A stretch of 62,197 nt of DNA, filler included, from Asterionella formosa (lineage: Eukaryota), in NCBI GenBank assembly GCA_002256025.1. It is 27 parts of 27 records of this genome, joined end to end, with 100 filler letters (N's around TTAATTAATTAA, not from the genome) between each part and the next. Parts side by side here need not be neighbours in the genome. Positions count along the whole stretch, not along the records: positions 1 to 2,214 come from NKIB01000209.1; positions 2,315 to 4,527 come from NKIB01000210.1; positions 4,628 to 6,840 come from NKIB01000211.1; positions 6,941 to 9,152 come from NKIB01000212.1; positions 9,253 to 11,463 come from NKIB01000213.1; positions 11,564 to 13,772 come from NKIB01000214.1; 21 more parts are not named here. The stretch is one strand, 5' to 3'. The position numbers were made by a program, and so were the translations under genes. Positions 1 to 12,751 of this stretch are shown in pieces. The first letter of the stretch is position 1. The number at the start of each line of letters is the position of its first letter. Under the pieces are notes generated by a model, which did no database searches, was not told the DNA's origin, and saw only the letters and a list, made by a program, of their open reading frames with translations.

Positions 1-148
1 TTGTTAATCCTTGTGTGTAACTCGTTCTCCAAGTCGACACCAAAGTATACAATGAGGGTTAGTCGAGTTCTCTCATTATTGAGTTCTTATACATATATGA
101 TATAACACTAACCCTATATACATCTGTATTGATGCGCAAGATCGCTCA
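1..148 (-). mobile_element. 3' LTR (truncated by contig end) of a Gypsy element, preceded by a polypurine tract at 149-155
   Basis: The minus strand reads GGGAGAG|TGAGCGATC... directly after the integrase C-terminus. It is homologous to 34479-34550 and 54583-54737. Confidence 0.8.
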
Positions 149-175
149 CTCTCCCACACCAAGGGAAAACCTTTT

Positions 176-1620
176 ACCTTTGAAAAGGTTTGATGTAATG
201 GATATTAATTCGTTCCGTAGTATGCATAGTTTGTTGAAAAGTAACTGTACCATTGGCATATACTTGAATAAATAGAATAAGGACCTCGTCCATGGTTATC
301 CAAGGTAGTAGGATTATCCAATAGGATTAAAACCTCATCAACAACCTTGTAATCGCAAGAACGACGACGGAAATTATCACGACGTAGTCATTTGTCAATT
401 ATCACTTATCGACATTGATATCCCAATATCAATTACATATCTGTAATCAAATCATGTTGGAAAACCCATGTTCCTGGTGAAAATACACAATGTACTATAA
501 ATAGTAGCTCGAGCTGCATATGATGCAGCAAACTGGTATCCACAATATTCTGAACTTGAAATTCCTTGATTGGAGGATGAGCCTTTAACATGACTTGTAC
601 ATAGACTTTTAATGTGTATGAAAGGAATACCAGTAAATTGACCTCCATTGTCATGTATACAACCTTCTGGATGGAGATATCCGTCCAACCAATCATTTTT
701 AAATTTCATCGCAATATATTCTGATGTCTTATTATTGATATGTGAAATTTCTGGTAAATTGGTGACTGTGTTAACTCAAGTTGGAGCATGAAATTCAATC
801 GCTTGTGCAGTCACTGTTATCTTCCATGGACCAATGAAATCCACTGTGACTTCTGAGCATTGTAATAACAATGCATTCCTTGGTGAAAGTTCACCAAAAC
901 CAAGCATCAGGTAATTTTGTATGTTTTGACATGTTTCATATATGCTTGCAATATGTTCCACTCTTGCTTTTAATGGAGGATAGTAAAAATGTGTAGAAAC
1001 TGTGGCATTTCATCTTGTCATACCCACATGAGCTAACATCTGATGATACCAATAAATAATAGGATTCGATAGTGATGTAGGAATAACAATACATCAAGTA
1101 TCTCCTGGATTCTTCACAAAATACATTAAATGTATATGATGAAAATTGATAGAGGGAAAATTTAACGGATGTGTTTGGTTTGTTGATTGAGAATGAGATG
1201 AGTTGTTTGATTGAGAATCAATTGTATATCCAGCAATTGTCTATCATGTATTGAGTAATATTCCAGAGGATATTGAATATTGTCTGCCAAAATTGGATGA
1301 TTGAGGGAACAGTTAAACAAAGGTTCATCATCTACTTCAATTGAGAAAGTAGAAATGGATGTTGATGCTGAAGATTTCGGTCCAATATCATCCCTCACCA
1401 AAGACTCAAGCCTCGGGAGGCGAGAGATCGAATCTGTAATATTTCACATTATCAGTACCCTTCATATTGTGAAAAGTGAGAAGATATTTTTCAATATAAA
1501 TCCTCCACCGGAGAACACGCTGAGTTTCTGTGTAGGGTAATAAAGAAAAAATATGATGTTCAGTGTGAACATGTAGAACCGCATTCAATGAAATAGAGCA
1601 AAATTCTTTGAAAGTTTCTT
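176..1620 (-). pseudogene. Degenerate Ty3/Gypsy pol (RNase H, integrase Zn-binding region, integrase core and C-terminus)
   Basis: Fragments in shifting frames: VHTEHH..TQRVLRWRIYIE, WYHQMLAHVG, VDFIGPW, IHDNGGQFTG, ASYAARAT..STL, SPGTWVFQHDLI, IIQVYANGTVT. Many stops and frameshifts. Confidence 0.85.
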
Positions 1621-4600
1621 AATTGACAATCAGAAACATTAGTAAAAAATATGGAAAGGAAAATTACGATCAGGATAACTCATGAGTGTATCTGCAACTA
1701 ACAATGCTTTCATTGATGCAAAAGTTTGTTGATGTATGCATAGGTAACCATACAAATGGACTAGTTCCATTTCAATCCTGTTTTAAGTTTTGACGACCAA
1801 AATTTTGAAGTCGGTTGGAGTTTATCGATATCCCATGGAGTCAGTTTCTTCAATAGACCATTTCATATAGAATGGTGCTGGATGACTTCAGCCATAACAG
1901 CATATTTCCGTATCTGTATAGTTAGGAGCTTGAATGTTCCATGTGTAAACATAATCCTTGATAGGTGTATCAAAATATAACAAACCATTGTGCAAATGTT
2001 CTGTGCGTATCATTATAGGAATGCATGACATGCAGAAAAACACTGATATATCCACCATACAGACAGGACATGGTACTGGTAAATTATCGGTCATAAAATA
2101 ATCAGCTGGACAAATGAGCAAACTCGCAGAAGGTACTACGACCAGGTACTTCTGTTGCAAGATACAAGCTGACGGATTAAATTTTTATTGCATCATGCTG
2201 AGTACTGGCAAGGGNNNNNNNNNNNNNNNNNNNNNNNNNNNNNNNNNNNNNNNNNNNNTTAATTAATTAANNNNNNNNNNNNNNNNNNNNNNNNNNNNNN
2301 NNNNNNNNNNNNNNCTACAGTGCGTACTACAGCGCTTATCACAGATTTTAGTGGTGCATGAAGTGACTACCAACCCACCTTATATGAGCCATGGAGCGCA
2401 ATGAAGGCAACTCTAGAAATAGAATAGTAAGAATGCGCTATGAGAATGATTAATACATACAAAACAGAGTTCCCTTACAATTTGCTGCATAGCTAGTACT
2501 ATATCAGAGATTGATTAGGCAGCATGGAATTTGGGTTTGATTGCTGTGGTGAGCAATAGTTTTGCTTCGTACAAATTATCAAAACCGTAATCATAACAAA
2601 GATAAATTTAGACCAATCATGTGCTTTTGCAATATTTCATGTCTTCTCATGAATTGGATGAGGGACAACGAAAAGTTCATGCCAACACCAAAATACTCCT
2701 TTCATACACCAGTATACTTACACATACATGTGCAACCGTACAGATTCCGATTCCAATATTTTGACGACTGTTGAAAAAGCCGATCGGGGTTGACTCTGTT
2801 GAGGATGATTGCTCTACATTCGCGGGGTTTCATGAAGATTAGAAAACATTTCTGTGTATATATGGTTCCAACGATCTTCACAAGGACCAGAACTCATCAA
2901 TAGCACAATCAGCACGACAAAATGAGAGGATTCGAGCCCTACACGGAAAAAGGGGAATTCAGTCATCGAGACAGACATATTTTCAATGCAGACCTAGAAA
3001 TACTATTGAACTCAGGACTGCACAAAAAGATAAAATTCCTAGAGCGGGCCAATTTCCTAGTAGCGGCTTCAAGGAAATTTGTGGCGACAAACGAAACTAA
3101 GTACATTTTTCATGGCCAAAGAAAACAAGATGAAAAAAGAAACCGATAATGGCATTTCTCTAAGCATACAGAGGGTTCTATTAATACAACAAAATTTCAT
3201 ATGCAGGTCCTTGACCCACATATAGGAAATAAGGTTCTCTTAGATAGGGACAAGACCAACGACAGCACAATTTTTTTACCCGACTCCTCCATGAGGGATT
3301 GATCACCATACAATCTTCCACCACCCTGTTATTTGGGCCATGGAGTGCAATGCATACAATTGTGTAGCGAGGCTAGTACTCATGCACTAAAAAAACCATT
3401 TATATACCTTCCTGTAACATTTTTACCAGTCAGTACCAGTAGTAGAAACAAAACAACATCGCTCATGACAACAATGATACACAGAATATAAACAAATAAA
3501 TCATGATTTATGAATCAATTGTTGTTTTCAGCTAATGATGCTGTTATTTACTCTACTTGATGTATAACGGTTGTGTATGAACAATACGGGTTTGATCCAG
3601 CAATAAATCATGGAGATATTGTTGTCATTGCCAGTCAAGTGCCATTTTGTTTCCACCAATTTTCTATTTTAGCTAGTATTTTGCAATGAATATCAAAGCT
3701 ATGGCAACAATTTTTTCACTACTTGCTAGCGACACTTGTATTCTATCTGAGCAATAAATAAAAGTGTTAAGGATTCATACAAAACTCATTATGAGTAACA
3801 ATCATTTTGCTTTTTTGGTCATAATGGTAATGGGGAATTATGTTCAATTTTATTGTATAATGTATAGAACATGCTCGTTATGCACATCAAATGTACTACC
3901 GGTACACCTAATACGAGTAGGCACAATGTTTTGATCAACGGAAGTGGGCAATGCAACATCGCCATCATCCTGTCTCCCTATGTAAATCAAGTCGTGGCTG
4001 TGTACATTAGAGTACCGGTAGAGAGGAGCATGGGAAGTACGGTCGTTCTGCATTTCATGGTGGTCTTATTTAATATATATGTGTGCCGGTGAACTGTTTT
4101 TGGGTACCAGGTAGCACGATCCTGATGTATATCATCACGATCAGTCTTCGTTGGTTGTAAGAATCGTACCAATGGTACAGGTACCAGGTAAAAGGCAGGC
4201 AGACTACCGGTATATAAACTGGTACCTGGTACCTGGTAAAATGTACCGGTAGTCTACCGGTGCAACCAACTACCGGTACCCCCGGTAAAGAGTCCTCTCC
4301 TGAAGTCCCGTTACAAATTTACCGTCTACTATTCCTCGATTCTCGCTGTCAACGAAGTCAGAAGCCACGATGAAGCCTATAAGGCAAATCAGATCTCTCG
4401 TGCCTGGCAACAAAAGGCATAACGAAATGGTTGAACACGAGCAACAAAAGGAGAAGTACGACATGAAACAGCAAACCAGTGACGATGAACACAATGCTCG
4501 TTTTGAAGAGCTCCAGGCCATGAAGCGNNNNNNNNNNNNNNNNNNNNNNNNNNNNNNNNNNNNNNNNNNNNTTAATTAATTAANNNNNNNNNNNNNNNNN

Positions 4601-4627
4601 NNNNNNNNNNNNNNNNNNNNNNNNNNN

Positions 4628-4688
4628 CATAATTAACACTCCTACGTAGAACAAATTTCGAAAAGTGGCATATTTCGCGGCTTAGATG
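4628..4688. repeat. Terminus of an interspersed repeat shared with 37449-37509 and 39754-39814
   Basis: cataattaacactc.tacgtaga..aaatttcgaaaagtggc.tatttcgcg.cttagatg is near-identical in all copies; homology stops abruptly after cttagatg. Confidence 0.85.
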
Positions 4689-4879
4689 TTTGTCTGCAGC
4701 GGGACAGTCCTCGGGATGAGGAACAGCGGCCCTTACGAGAGTACTACCAAATGCATCTTTGGCTGCGCCCATTAACAGGACATTAGCCATCGCGATTTTT
4801 GCCATGCCAGTCTCCAGGGGCTTAAGCCTGATGACATCGGCAAATGCTAATTTCCACCTAATGTAACGGGTGTACCTCC

Positions 4880-5823
4880 TGCCAATTGTCCTGTATTCAA
4901 TGCCAGCGATTTTGTGCATGATTCAAAGAATGTTTCACAATATGATTGACCCAATGGGTCAATACAAAGCTCGTTGGTAACATACTGCTTCAAGATCTCG
5001 TAGTTTTTCAGAGCGGACGCATTTGGGTGGTCAGCACAGCCCAGAGAAGCATGAGTACCTCAACGCGGACCACTTCCGAGCAAAAGTAGTGCACACCAAG
5101 TTGCCCTGCTTTGGCGTCCATGTTTGCTCATCTTGCAAGTGCACCACAAAACTCGGCAACTTCAAACAGTGAGCTACCTTTTGCAGCATTCAGGGTACCT
5201 ACCATCAGACCTCCGCCCCACAACTGCGGTAGAGGATCAATGCCGGCATTTCGGCATGTTACCCAACCACACGAGGGGGAGGTTGCAACTCCTCATCATC
5301 CTTCGACTTGTACTGGTAATAATCAATGTCTCTATCCGTTCCCAGTTGCTCTTCGTCTGCCTCAGATAGAAACCACCATTTTTGCTGTGAGCGCATTGTA
5401 CAACGAAACAGTGTCAGGTCCTTTCCGGGAACACCGGGCATACCCGTCAGCTGTAATCACTCCTGCGAATTCGAATATTCCGTTGACAAATTGGACACCT
5501 CCTGCTTGAGACACCTCGAACATCTTTGGTGGTGGACGATGATTTTTGCATGCCTCGATACAATCCTTGAGCTGTTCCCAACCAGTTAGTCTCAAGGGAA
5601 GTAATCGAGACGTGTTCAATTTCAAAATCAAACCGCGCCAAACCGAATAAAACTTATACATCTGCTTTCGACGACGAGAGACAACGAGACGATCAAAGAT
5701 TTTCTGCAAATACTCGCGACAGTTGATGATCAGCTCCGGTAGTTGTTTCTTGAGGGAATCATCGGTGAAGCTGTTCATGTAATCCATCACAGCTTGTGAC
5801 ACCATGATCGCATGATCTTCCAT
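4880..5823 (-). pseudogene. Frameshifted fragment of a host gene, possibly the N-terminal part of a large ubiquitin-specific protease
   Basis: Protein-like segments in different frames (FEVSQAGGVQFVNG; LTLFRCTMRSQQKWWFLSEADEEQLGTDRDIDYYQ; GWVTCRNAGIDP; ALKNYEILKQYVTNEL). The family assignment is from recollection only, and no catalytic motif is present. Confidence 0.35.
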
Positions 5824-6587
5824 CTCCTTTGCAGACGACTTGCCATCGTTTACAATTTGTCGACTGGGAACGGCATCAAACGAGTGCGTTTAGAATCTGA
5901 TGCAAAAACTCCAACAAAGGGAAAAGCGGTGTATTGATCCTGACTGACAAATAGTCAGCAAGCGTTGAGAAACCGCCTTTAGCATGGAACCATTGAATCA
6001 TGCCTCGCGACCCGAATTTCAAAAAGCCCATTCAAGTGATTTTTTCACATTCGAATTTCCTTTGTAGTTAGCTTTCTTTCGATTGAAAATAAGAGCTAGA
6101 ACTGGAAGCAAGGAACACTTGCCTTTGCGTTTTTGTTGGATCTTAATGTCGTTCGCAAATGATCACGGTCGTAAACTACAAACTTACTTCCACACAACTA
6201 CTACATTCATGTTGTCAGATCGTTAAAGGCTGTTTGCTCTATACGAGAATTCCAATAACTTGGTGCATGTATCCCTCAACAAAACGCCGTGCGAGTTCCG
6301 ATACCTTGGTACCAGAAACCGATTCGATGCATCCAGTGATTCAACTGCATTTTTCCATACAACTACGCATCGAGCCGGAGAATGATCGAAGAGTTAGCAT
6401 TATAGTCATTCAGCTCTGTAATTTCCTTGTCCGAAATTGCTCGTCAGAAATAAAAGATATTTGATCCGGCATACCGTAGGCCTCGGTAGTCTTCTACTGA
6501 GGAAAGAAAATACCTCCAAGGTATTGGCAAATAACCGGTATTTACGTGGTCAGTATGAGGTATGTACCAGCTCAAAATTCTACCTTG

Positions 6588-6808
6588 TAGAATTTTTGGT
6601 AGAATTTTTTCACTCGTTTGGGTAGCATCTTCTACCTCATCATAATAACTAGGTTAGGGTTAACAGTGATATTTTCCAGGGCGAAAATTCTACCCATTGT
6701 ATTGTTATCAACAAAAAAAACATGCCTTGTGAATCAAGAATACCTCCTGTAGCAGATAAGGGCGTACAATAATATAATAATAAAATCATCATGACAAGGA
6801 CAAGAGGA
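6588..6808 (+). repeat. Interspersed repeat of ~220 bp, copy 1
   Basis: Matches 13060-13267 (e.g. catgccttgtgaatcaagaatacctcctgtagcagataag and aaaatcatcatgacaaggacaagagga). Confidence 0.9.
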
Positions 6809-7047
6809 ATGAACGAGCCTCAACAATGGGCTCAATATAANNNNNNNNNNNNNNNNNNNNNNNNNNNNNNNNNNNNNNNNNNNNTTAATTAATTAANNNN
6901 NNNNNNNNNNNNNNNNNNNNNNNNNNNNNNNNNNNNNNNNTACAAGAAACTCGAATAATTGTTGCAAGCTTGGGAACAAGATACGAAAAGTCAAGTCGGC
7001 TGAACAAAAGTCAAAACTGAAATTAACTCCTGGTAATCGCCATCTTA

Positions 7048-8322
7048 TCAAGCAGGCTTGTTAATGAAGAACATGGTCAAAATCATCCCGTCCACGTAGC
7101 CAGTAGTCAGACATAAGTTCTGGTCTAATATTTTTCCATTGCAAAGGTTAGCAACATTGGAAATGGCAACGTGTAGACCGACACGGTGGCATTCGCCTTC
7201 GAATCGATCCACTCCGAACCTATGTGCAGCATCGGCGAGAATGATATAGGCTTTCCCACCAGGCTTGAGTGCATCCTGAATAGTATTGGCAGCAGCTACT
7301 GCATCTTCAGGTTGGCATATCATGTCAGCCGCAATAATAACATCGACCTGCCTTTGAAGTTGGCCTTGACCGTCCAACCAACCCTCATTTGTCCCCGACT
7401 GGTCGTAGAAATCAAGCTTCTTAGCGTCGGCATGGACATTATTCAATAAAATGTTTCGTTTCAAATTCTCAATAACTTTGACGTTAAAATCAGTCAAGAA
7501 CACACTTGTATTCGGTTGGCTCCGTTGAAGACCAGCTGCTACCAATCCAGATAGGCCACATCCTGCTCCTAATTCCAACACACATTGATTTTGAATTGCG
7601 TCTGGGTTCGATACAAGCCAAGTCGACAAAGCGACAGCAGATGGCCACATCACAAAGCCAACGTCTTCCTGTGCCGATTGCCTTGCTGTAACTTGATGGA
7701 TGAGTACCATTTGGGTTGTAGAGTTTGTCGGGGTACAACACTCATAGGCTGCATTCAATTGTTGTCCAATAGGTTGAATCTGAAAAGCTAGTGGCAGTCT
7801 CTTTCGCAGAACATCCACTGATAGATGAAATCGTTTGATCGGGAAAGCATCTGTACAGGCTGCTACTTCACAAGCCAAATCTTGCAACTCCATAATAGCA
7901 TCTCGATCTCCTTCCATGGGGCAACATGAGCAGTCATAATTGATAAGCCGAGCAAGAATGACATGAGATCCCTGTAATCCCAGCTCTTCTGCCAAGGTTG
8001 CATCAAGTGACGATAGATGGATGTGAATTTGAAGGATGCGACGCAATATTTTGGTAGCTGGTGAGTCTGCCACGAAGAGACTGCAGGAGGAATGTTCAAC
8101 TTTCTTTTCTTCCGCAATGGAACCGTCCTTGTTCCCAGCCTCGAGAGCTTCGAGCCATGAATCCATTCCCATATTGAAAATTGGAACAAAAATCGCTGCC
8201 AATCCTTCACCATGTCTACAATTCAAACATTCAATTCGAAGCAAAGCAATCTCCCGGGCTGAGCCCGTCCTTGGCTCGAGGGCGGCAAGGCTCTGTTCAA
8301 GAGTATTAGTCGACCACATCAT
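7048..8322 (-). CDS. METTL21/EEF2KMT-like protein-lysine methyltransferase (Methyltransf_16) with N-terminal extension
   Basis: Intact 424-aa ORF with VGFVMWPSAVALS, VLELGAGCGLSGL (motif I), VFLTD and VIIAADMIC. Confidence 0.9.
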   Translation of the reverse strand: MMWSTNTLEQSLAALEPRTGSAREIALLRIECLNCRHGEGLAAIFVPIFNMGMDSWLEALEAGNKDGSIAEEKKVEHSSCSLFVADSPATKILRRILQIHIHLSSLDATLAEELGLQGSHVILARLINYDCSCCPMEGDRDAIMELQDLACEVAACTDAFPIKRFHLSVDVLRKRLPLAFQIQPIGQQLNAAYECCTPTNSTTQMVLIHQVTARQSAQEDVGFVMWPSAVALSTWLVSNPDAIQNQCVLELGAGCGLSGLVAAGLQRSQPNTSVFLTDFNVKVIENLKRNILLNNVHADAKKLDFYDQSGTNEGWLDGQGQLQRQVDVIIAADMICQPEDAVAAANTIQDALKPGGKAYIILADAAHRFGVDRFEGECHRVGLHVAISNVANLCNGKILDQNLCLTTGYVDGMILTMFFINKPA

Positions 8323-9269
8323 TGTCTCGTTGTTGCAAAATCAGTAGTAAGTATTCGCGAGAGTGACAAATGGCGTTGCTCCTTCACCATTTGGGTTACT
8401 GGAAGAACCGACGACGGAGGATGATGGTTACTATCATTGCTTCTATGATATGAGATATGAGTATACTACCGGTGTAGCAGTGTATAACATTGCTCATATG
8501 ATCTCCACCATTCCCGGCATCATTCCCATGCGGCAAGGCCATCACTCCTTCATGTATAATACATACAGTATAGAGTATACCGGTACAAAGAGGCTATATA
8601 GTAGCAGTACCGGTAAGTCAAACAGAGACGAAGGGAGAATTTCTAATACAGATCTGCCGGTATTTACATATGATCCCGGTATGTATTATGTAGCCATAAG
8701 CACGGATATCGGTTGTTACATCGATCAGATCGTCACCCCAGACTTGCTGTGAATATGCTGCATGCAAACAAGAACATCCGCCAGCCATTGTTCGCTTGTT
8801 GACGTCAGCAAGAAATAATGGGAACGCGCCAGCCTCGAACGCAACCCTCCTCAATATTGTGTACCTGGTATCATGATATTAAGACTGTACCAGGTACCAG
8901 CTACCAGGCACTGCAAACGAGCCGAAATTCAGATACCCTAGGTATCCACATGTGGTTTTTATTTCATGCGATGCAGTTTTATATTACCGGTACTAATATC
9001 AATAGAGCGACGTACGGACGCTATCACCACGTCCATCCCCTTCGCCCACTATTTATTGCCGCTATACATGATCCATCTTCCTCCTTGTCTTGGTCTCAAC
9101 TTTCTTGCTTTCTGCTCCCTCCCTGCTTCTTCGGATCTGCCAAATAAGCAAANNNNNNNNNNNNNNNNNNNNNNNNNNNNNNNNNNNNNNNNNNNNTTAA
9201 TTAATTAANNNNNNNNNNNNNNNNNNNNNNNNNNNNNNNNNNNNNNNNNNNNTCCGGAGCTGGAAGTCC

Positions 9270-10358
9270 ATGCTGGATGGTGCAATGGTTGTGGTTCCGG
9301 CGGAGGTGGCGGAGATTCCTCTGCAGGAAGAAGGTGTGATTCAGAGGCAGGTGTTGATGAAAAAAATCGCTCACCCGGGCCGCTCTCCAAAAAGTGCTGC
9401 TGATTTCGAAGGATTGAAGACTCTTTTTGACCAGTTGCGGCTTCAAGATAGGGCCTGCACCACCAGGATGCTCAGTGTTGAGCTTAAGAGGCAACCTGGG
9501 AACGAAAATGTGTCGCTGAAGGCACTTGAAAAACGGATCAAGCGCTGGCTTGCCCGTGAGGACATTGTCATTAGGCGTGTGACTCGTGTCGCCCAAAATA
9601 CAAGGCTGGATCAGGAGACAATTCAAGATTTTGTTTCCTACGTCAACAATCAAATTGCTGCGTTCGAATTTCCTGCTGGAAACATTGTCAATATTGATGA
9701 GACAAACATCAATTTTGACATGTTTGGATCAAAGACTTTGGCAACCCGAGGCGAAAGGACCATTGGGCTTCGAACAACAGGAAATTCGAATCGTTGCACT
9801 GTGTTGTTAGGGGTGACAATGAGTGGTGAGAAGTTGCCACCATTCATTGTATTTACAGGAACAAGGGATGGACGTATTTCCAGGCAATTGGGATTACTAG
9901 ACAACAATCAACAACTTTTTCCGGTCAGTATTAAATACGCTTGTCAACCCAAAGCTTGGGTTGATACAGACATATTTTTACAATGGATCGAAAAAGTTTG
10001 GCAACCATTTGCGTTGGGAAAAGGCGGTGAGCCTACTCACCTTCTTATGGATGATTTTACTGTCCACAAGGTAGGACGTTGTGTTGATGCAATTAAAAAT
10101 TGCGGCACTGAGATTGATTTCGTCCTCCCAGGCTACACATCTAGACTTCAAGTGTTGGATGTAGGAGTTAATAAGCCCTTCAAGGACTACATGAGAGGAT
10201 ATTGGGAAGACTACATGGTTGCCAATGTGGATAATCCCAAGGTGCAAAGGCACCACATTGCACAATGGGTAGAGATGGCATGGGCTAGAGTCTCAATTCA
10301 AACAATCACCAATACCTGGAAGAGCATTGGATATGAGGGCTTTGCTGATGTTGACTAG
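9270..10358 (+). CDS. pogo/Tigger-like DDE_1 transposase (DD35D), 5' probably truncated
   Basis: CENP-B/Tc5-like HTH region, then NIDET, GEKLPPFIVF, QPKAW, LMDDFTVH and PGYTSRLQVLDVGVNKPFK. There are 35 residues between the 2nd and 3rd D. Confidence 0.93.
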   Translation: MLDGAMVVVPAEVAEIPLQEEGVIQRQVLMKKIAHPGRSPKSAADFEGLKTLFDQLRLQDRACTTRMLSVELKRQPGNENVSLKALEKRIKRWLAREDIVIRRVTRVAQNTRLDQETIQDFVSYVNNQIAAFEFPAGNIVNIDETNINFDMFGSKTLATRGERTIGLRTTGNSNRCTVLLGVTMSGEKLPPFIVFTGTRDGRISRQLGLLDNNQQLFPVSIKYACQPKAWVDTDIFLQWIEKVWQPFALGKGGEPTHLLMDDFTVHKVGRCVDAIKNCGTEIDFVLPGYTSRLQVLDVGVNKPFKDYMRGYWEDYMVANVDNPKVQRHHIAQWVEMAWARVSIQTITNTWKSIGYEGFADVD

Positions 10359-10597
10359 TCAATAAGGATTGGATTATTTGATAATCTATTTTAACATTTA
10401 GTTTTAGTGAAACAATCATTATCGTCAATTAGATTCAGGATGGCATTTCCTAATAGGCAAATAAATTAAGCTGATGACTACAAAAAACCCAAAACGGAGT
10501 GATTCTAATGCTGAAAATGCTAATTTCTAATACTATTATTAACATTCTAGTGTAGATTGGTTGAAGTATTCAAAGGCTTGTCCAGTTTTCATAACAT

Positions 10598-10990
10598 CTA
10601 TTCCTGAATCTGGATGTCCTCAAGAAGCCGGAATGAACAAACTCCAAGGTTATTGTGGCTTTTTGCCCTTTTGGCAGCATTTTCACTAGAGTCATAGAGT
10701 TCAATAACTTGAGCAAACTTGTTGACAAACTTGTCACTTGTTTTCTTCAAAGCTGCAATATTCTTGCCAAGGAAACCAACCGTGCACAGTTCCGTCCCAT
10801 CAAGGATCAGAACAGCCTTGATACCTGCCTGATCAACTCCATCAATCGGGACCACTGCTGCCTTGAACCGAACACAATCATTCGGCCTCACAATTGCCCC
10901 ACAGCAGGCATGCTGCTCACAGCTTCTTCCATTGGTGGTACCTCTGAGGCCAAGGATTTCGCCATCACGAATGTCGTCCGCAATCATCAT
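10598..10990 (-). CDS. 130-aa putative HIRAN-like protein with a GRSCEQHACCG motif, inside the pogo element
   Basis: Clean ORF with normal protein composition. EILGL...AGIKAVLILDG..CTVGFLGK resembles the HIRAN strand pattern (V.G ... NAV.V ... VGYLP). The fold call is inference. Confidence 0.6.
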   Translation of the reverse strand: MMIADDIRDGEILGLRGTTNGRSCEQHACCGAIVRPNDCVRFKAAVVPIDGVDQAGIKAVLILDGTELCTVGFLGKNIAALKKTSDKFVNKFAQVIELYDSSENAAKRAKSHNNLGVCSFRLLEDIQIQE

Positions 10991-11563
10991 GTTGCCAACC
11001 GGTATATGTGACGATATTTTACAGGTGATGATACTTTACCGGAAACAGTAGGGTACCGGTAATATACGAAAATACATACTAATAAATAGAATACGTTTAT
11101 GTTGTGTTATTTTTTCTGTACACAGGAAATATTTGGGAGTGTTGCGCCAGATGTACAAAGGGGGGTACAGGTATCTGGGGGCATACGAGACACAAGGTTT
11201 TACGGTAGTCGCGCGTACTTTTCAAGAAGTACGCGAACTTCGCAGAAGAACGCGCGACTAGAATTTTGCAAGATCTTTGAAGAAAAAAGCGAGGTCTGTG
11301 CACGATACACAAAAGGAATTTTCCACGTAGCGAGGAAGTACGGAGTTTCCCGTACCTCCCTGGTACCTGATGGTATACCGTATTCTCCAAACAAACATAT
11401 ACTGGATTAATACAAAGCACCGTCGAAAAAACTCAAGAGGTCATCATGGTGGAAGGAAATGCTNNNNNNNNNNNNNNNNNNNNNNNNNNNNNNNNNNNNN
11501 NNNNNNNTTAATTAATTAANNNNNNNNNNNNNNNNNNNNNNNNNNNNNNNNNNNNNNNNNNNN

Positions 11564-12751
11564 GAGAAGTAGGATTAGAAGGAACCTCAATCGGATCAAT
11601 CATGTAGATATGCATTGTCTTTAGAACGAGTGGCCCTGCCTGATCCTTATCCAAGCGCTTGAAATGAACGTTGAGCTTCTCCTTTATAAGTAATATTAAG
11701 GACGAGGCTTCCTCCTGGTCATAATCTTGATTCCGCTCCTTCTTAAAGTCATCAAATTGAAGTTTGAGCCTTTCGTCTAAAACCTTTATTAAGGAGGCTT
11801 CCTTCTGCTCATCATTTTGTTTCTGGCGTTTCGTCGTTCCTTGGTCTTTTCAACAGTAGCGAGTATTTGTATGGGATAAATGATACGAAATGATACGTGA
11901 GTATTAGGAGCTGTGACCTACAATACAATAGAAGGTATTCCATGAGATCAAAACACGTACCAATATCAGGTTGGATGACCACGATCAAAAACGCAGTGTC
12001 GTCGCTAGTCCCCCAATTCAGATGAACAACCGGACCTCCAGATCTCAGGGTTGGATCATCAGCTCCCTCAGAGACCGGCACTTGAGTTCCAGGTGGGTAC
12101 ACACGGAGCTGCGCTGAGGAAGCACCTTGAAGATTGTCACCACATTCAATCTTCACAGCTTTCATCAAGTCAGAAATGACATCATTCTTCTTCAACGTGA
12201 CATAAACTGGCAATAGTCCTGCGTTTCCACGGAACAACTGGAACCAAACCTTCATTGTTGTCGACATGATGGTTGTGGGTACCATTAAGGAGACTTCCTC
12301 CTGCTCATCATTTCGTTTCTGGCGTTTCGTCGTTCCTTGGTCTTTTCAACAGTAGCGAGTATTTGTATGGGATAAATGATACGAAATGATACGTGAGTAT
12401 TAGGAGCTGTGACCTACAATACAATAGAAGGTATTCCATGAGATCAAAACACGTACCAATATCAGGTTGGATGACCACGATCACAAACGCAGTGTCGTCG
12501 CTAGTCCCCCAATTCAGATGAACAACCGGACCTCCAGATCTCAGGGTTGGATCATCAGCTCCCTCAGAGACCGGCACTTGAGTTCCAGGTGGGTACACAC
12601 GGAGCTGCGCTGAGGAAACACCTTGAAGATTGTCACCACATTCAATCTTCACAGCTTTCTTCAAGTCAGCAATGTCATCATTCTGATTCAAAGTAACTTT
12701 AAAGGGATCTAGGGCTGCGTTTCCAAGAAACAACTGGAACCAAACCTTCAT
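11564..12751 (-). CDS. Crinkler (CRN)-like gene with two tandem N-terminal ubiquitin-like domains. Exons 12751-12457, 12341-11961 and 11845-<11564; 3' truncated.
   Basis: VWFQL...DDIADLKKAVK..C...L......LRVYPP...FVIVVIQP matches the CRN LFLAK/HVLVxxP-type header. Two 115-bp phase-1 GT-AG introns (12342-12456, 11846-11960) give one continuous frame. Confidence 0.75.

Larger units (their letters stand above)
9253..11205 (+). mobile_element. pogo-superfamily DNA transposon (left end missing) containing a transposase, a convergent ORF and the right TIR; TA at 11206-11207
   Basis: The right end reads ...tacgagacacaaggttttacgg|ta (TIR 5'-CCGTAAAACC). The same terminus is present at 25520-25543. 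Confidence 0.8.

Noticed and set aside
2315..4527. Short ORFs, including 2922-3149 and 4370-4527
   Set aside because: No recognisable domain. 4370 may be a gene start, but it is truncated after ~52 codons.
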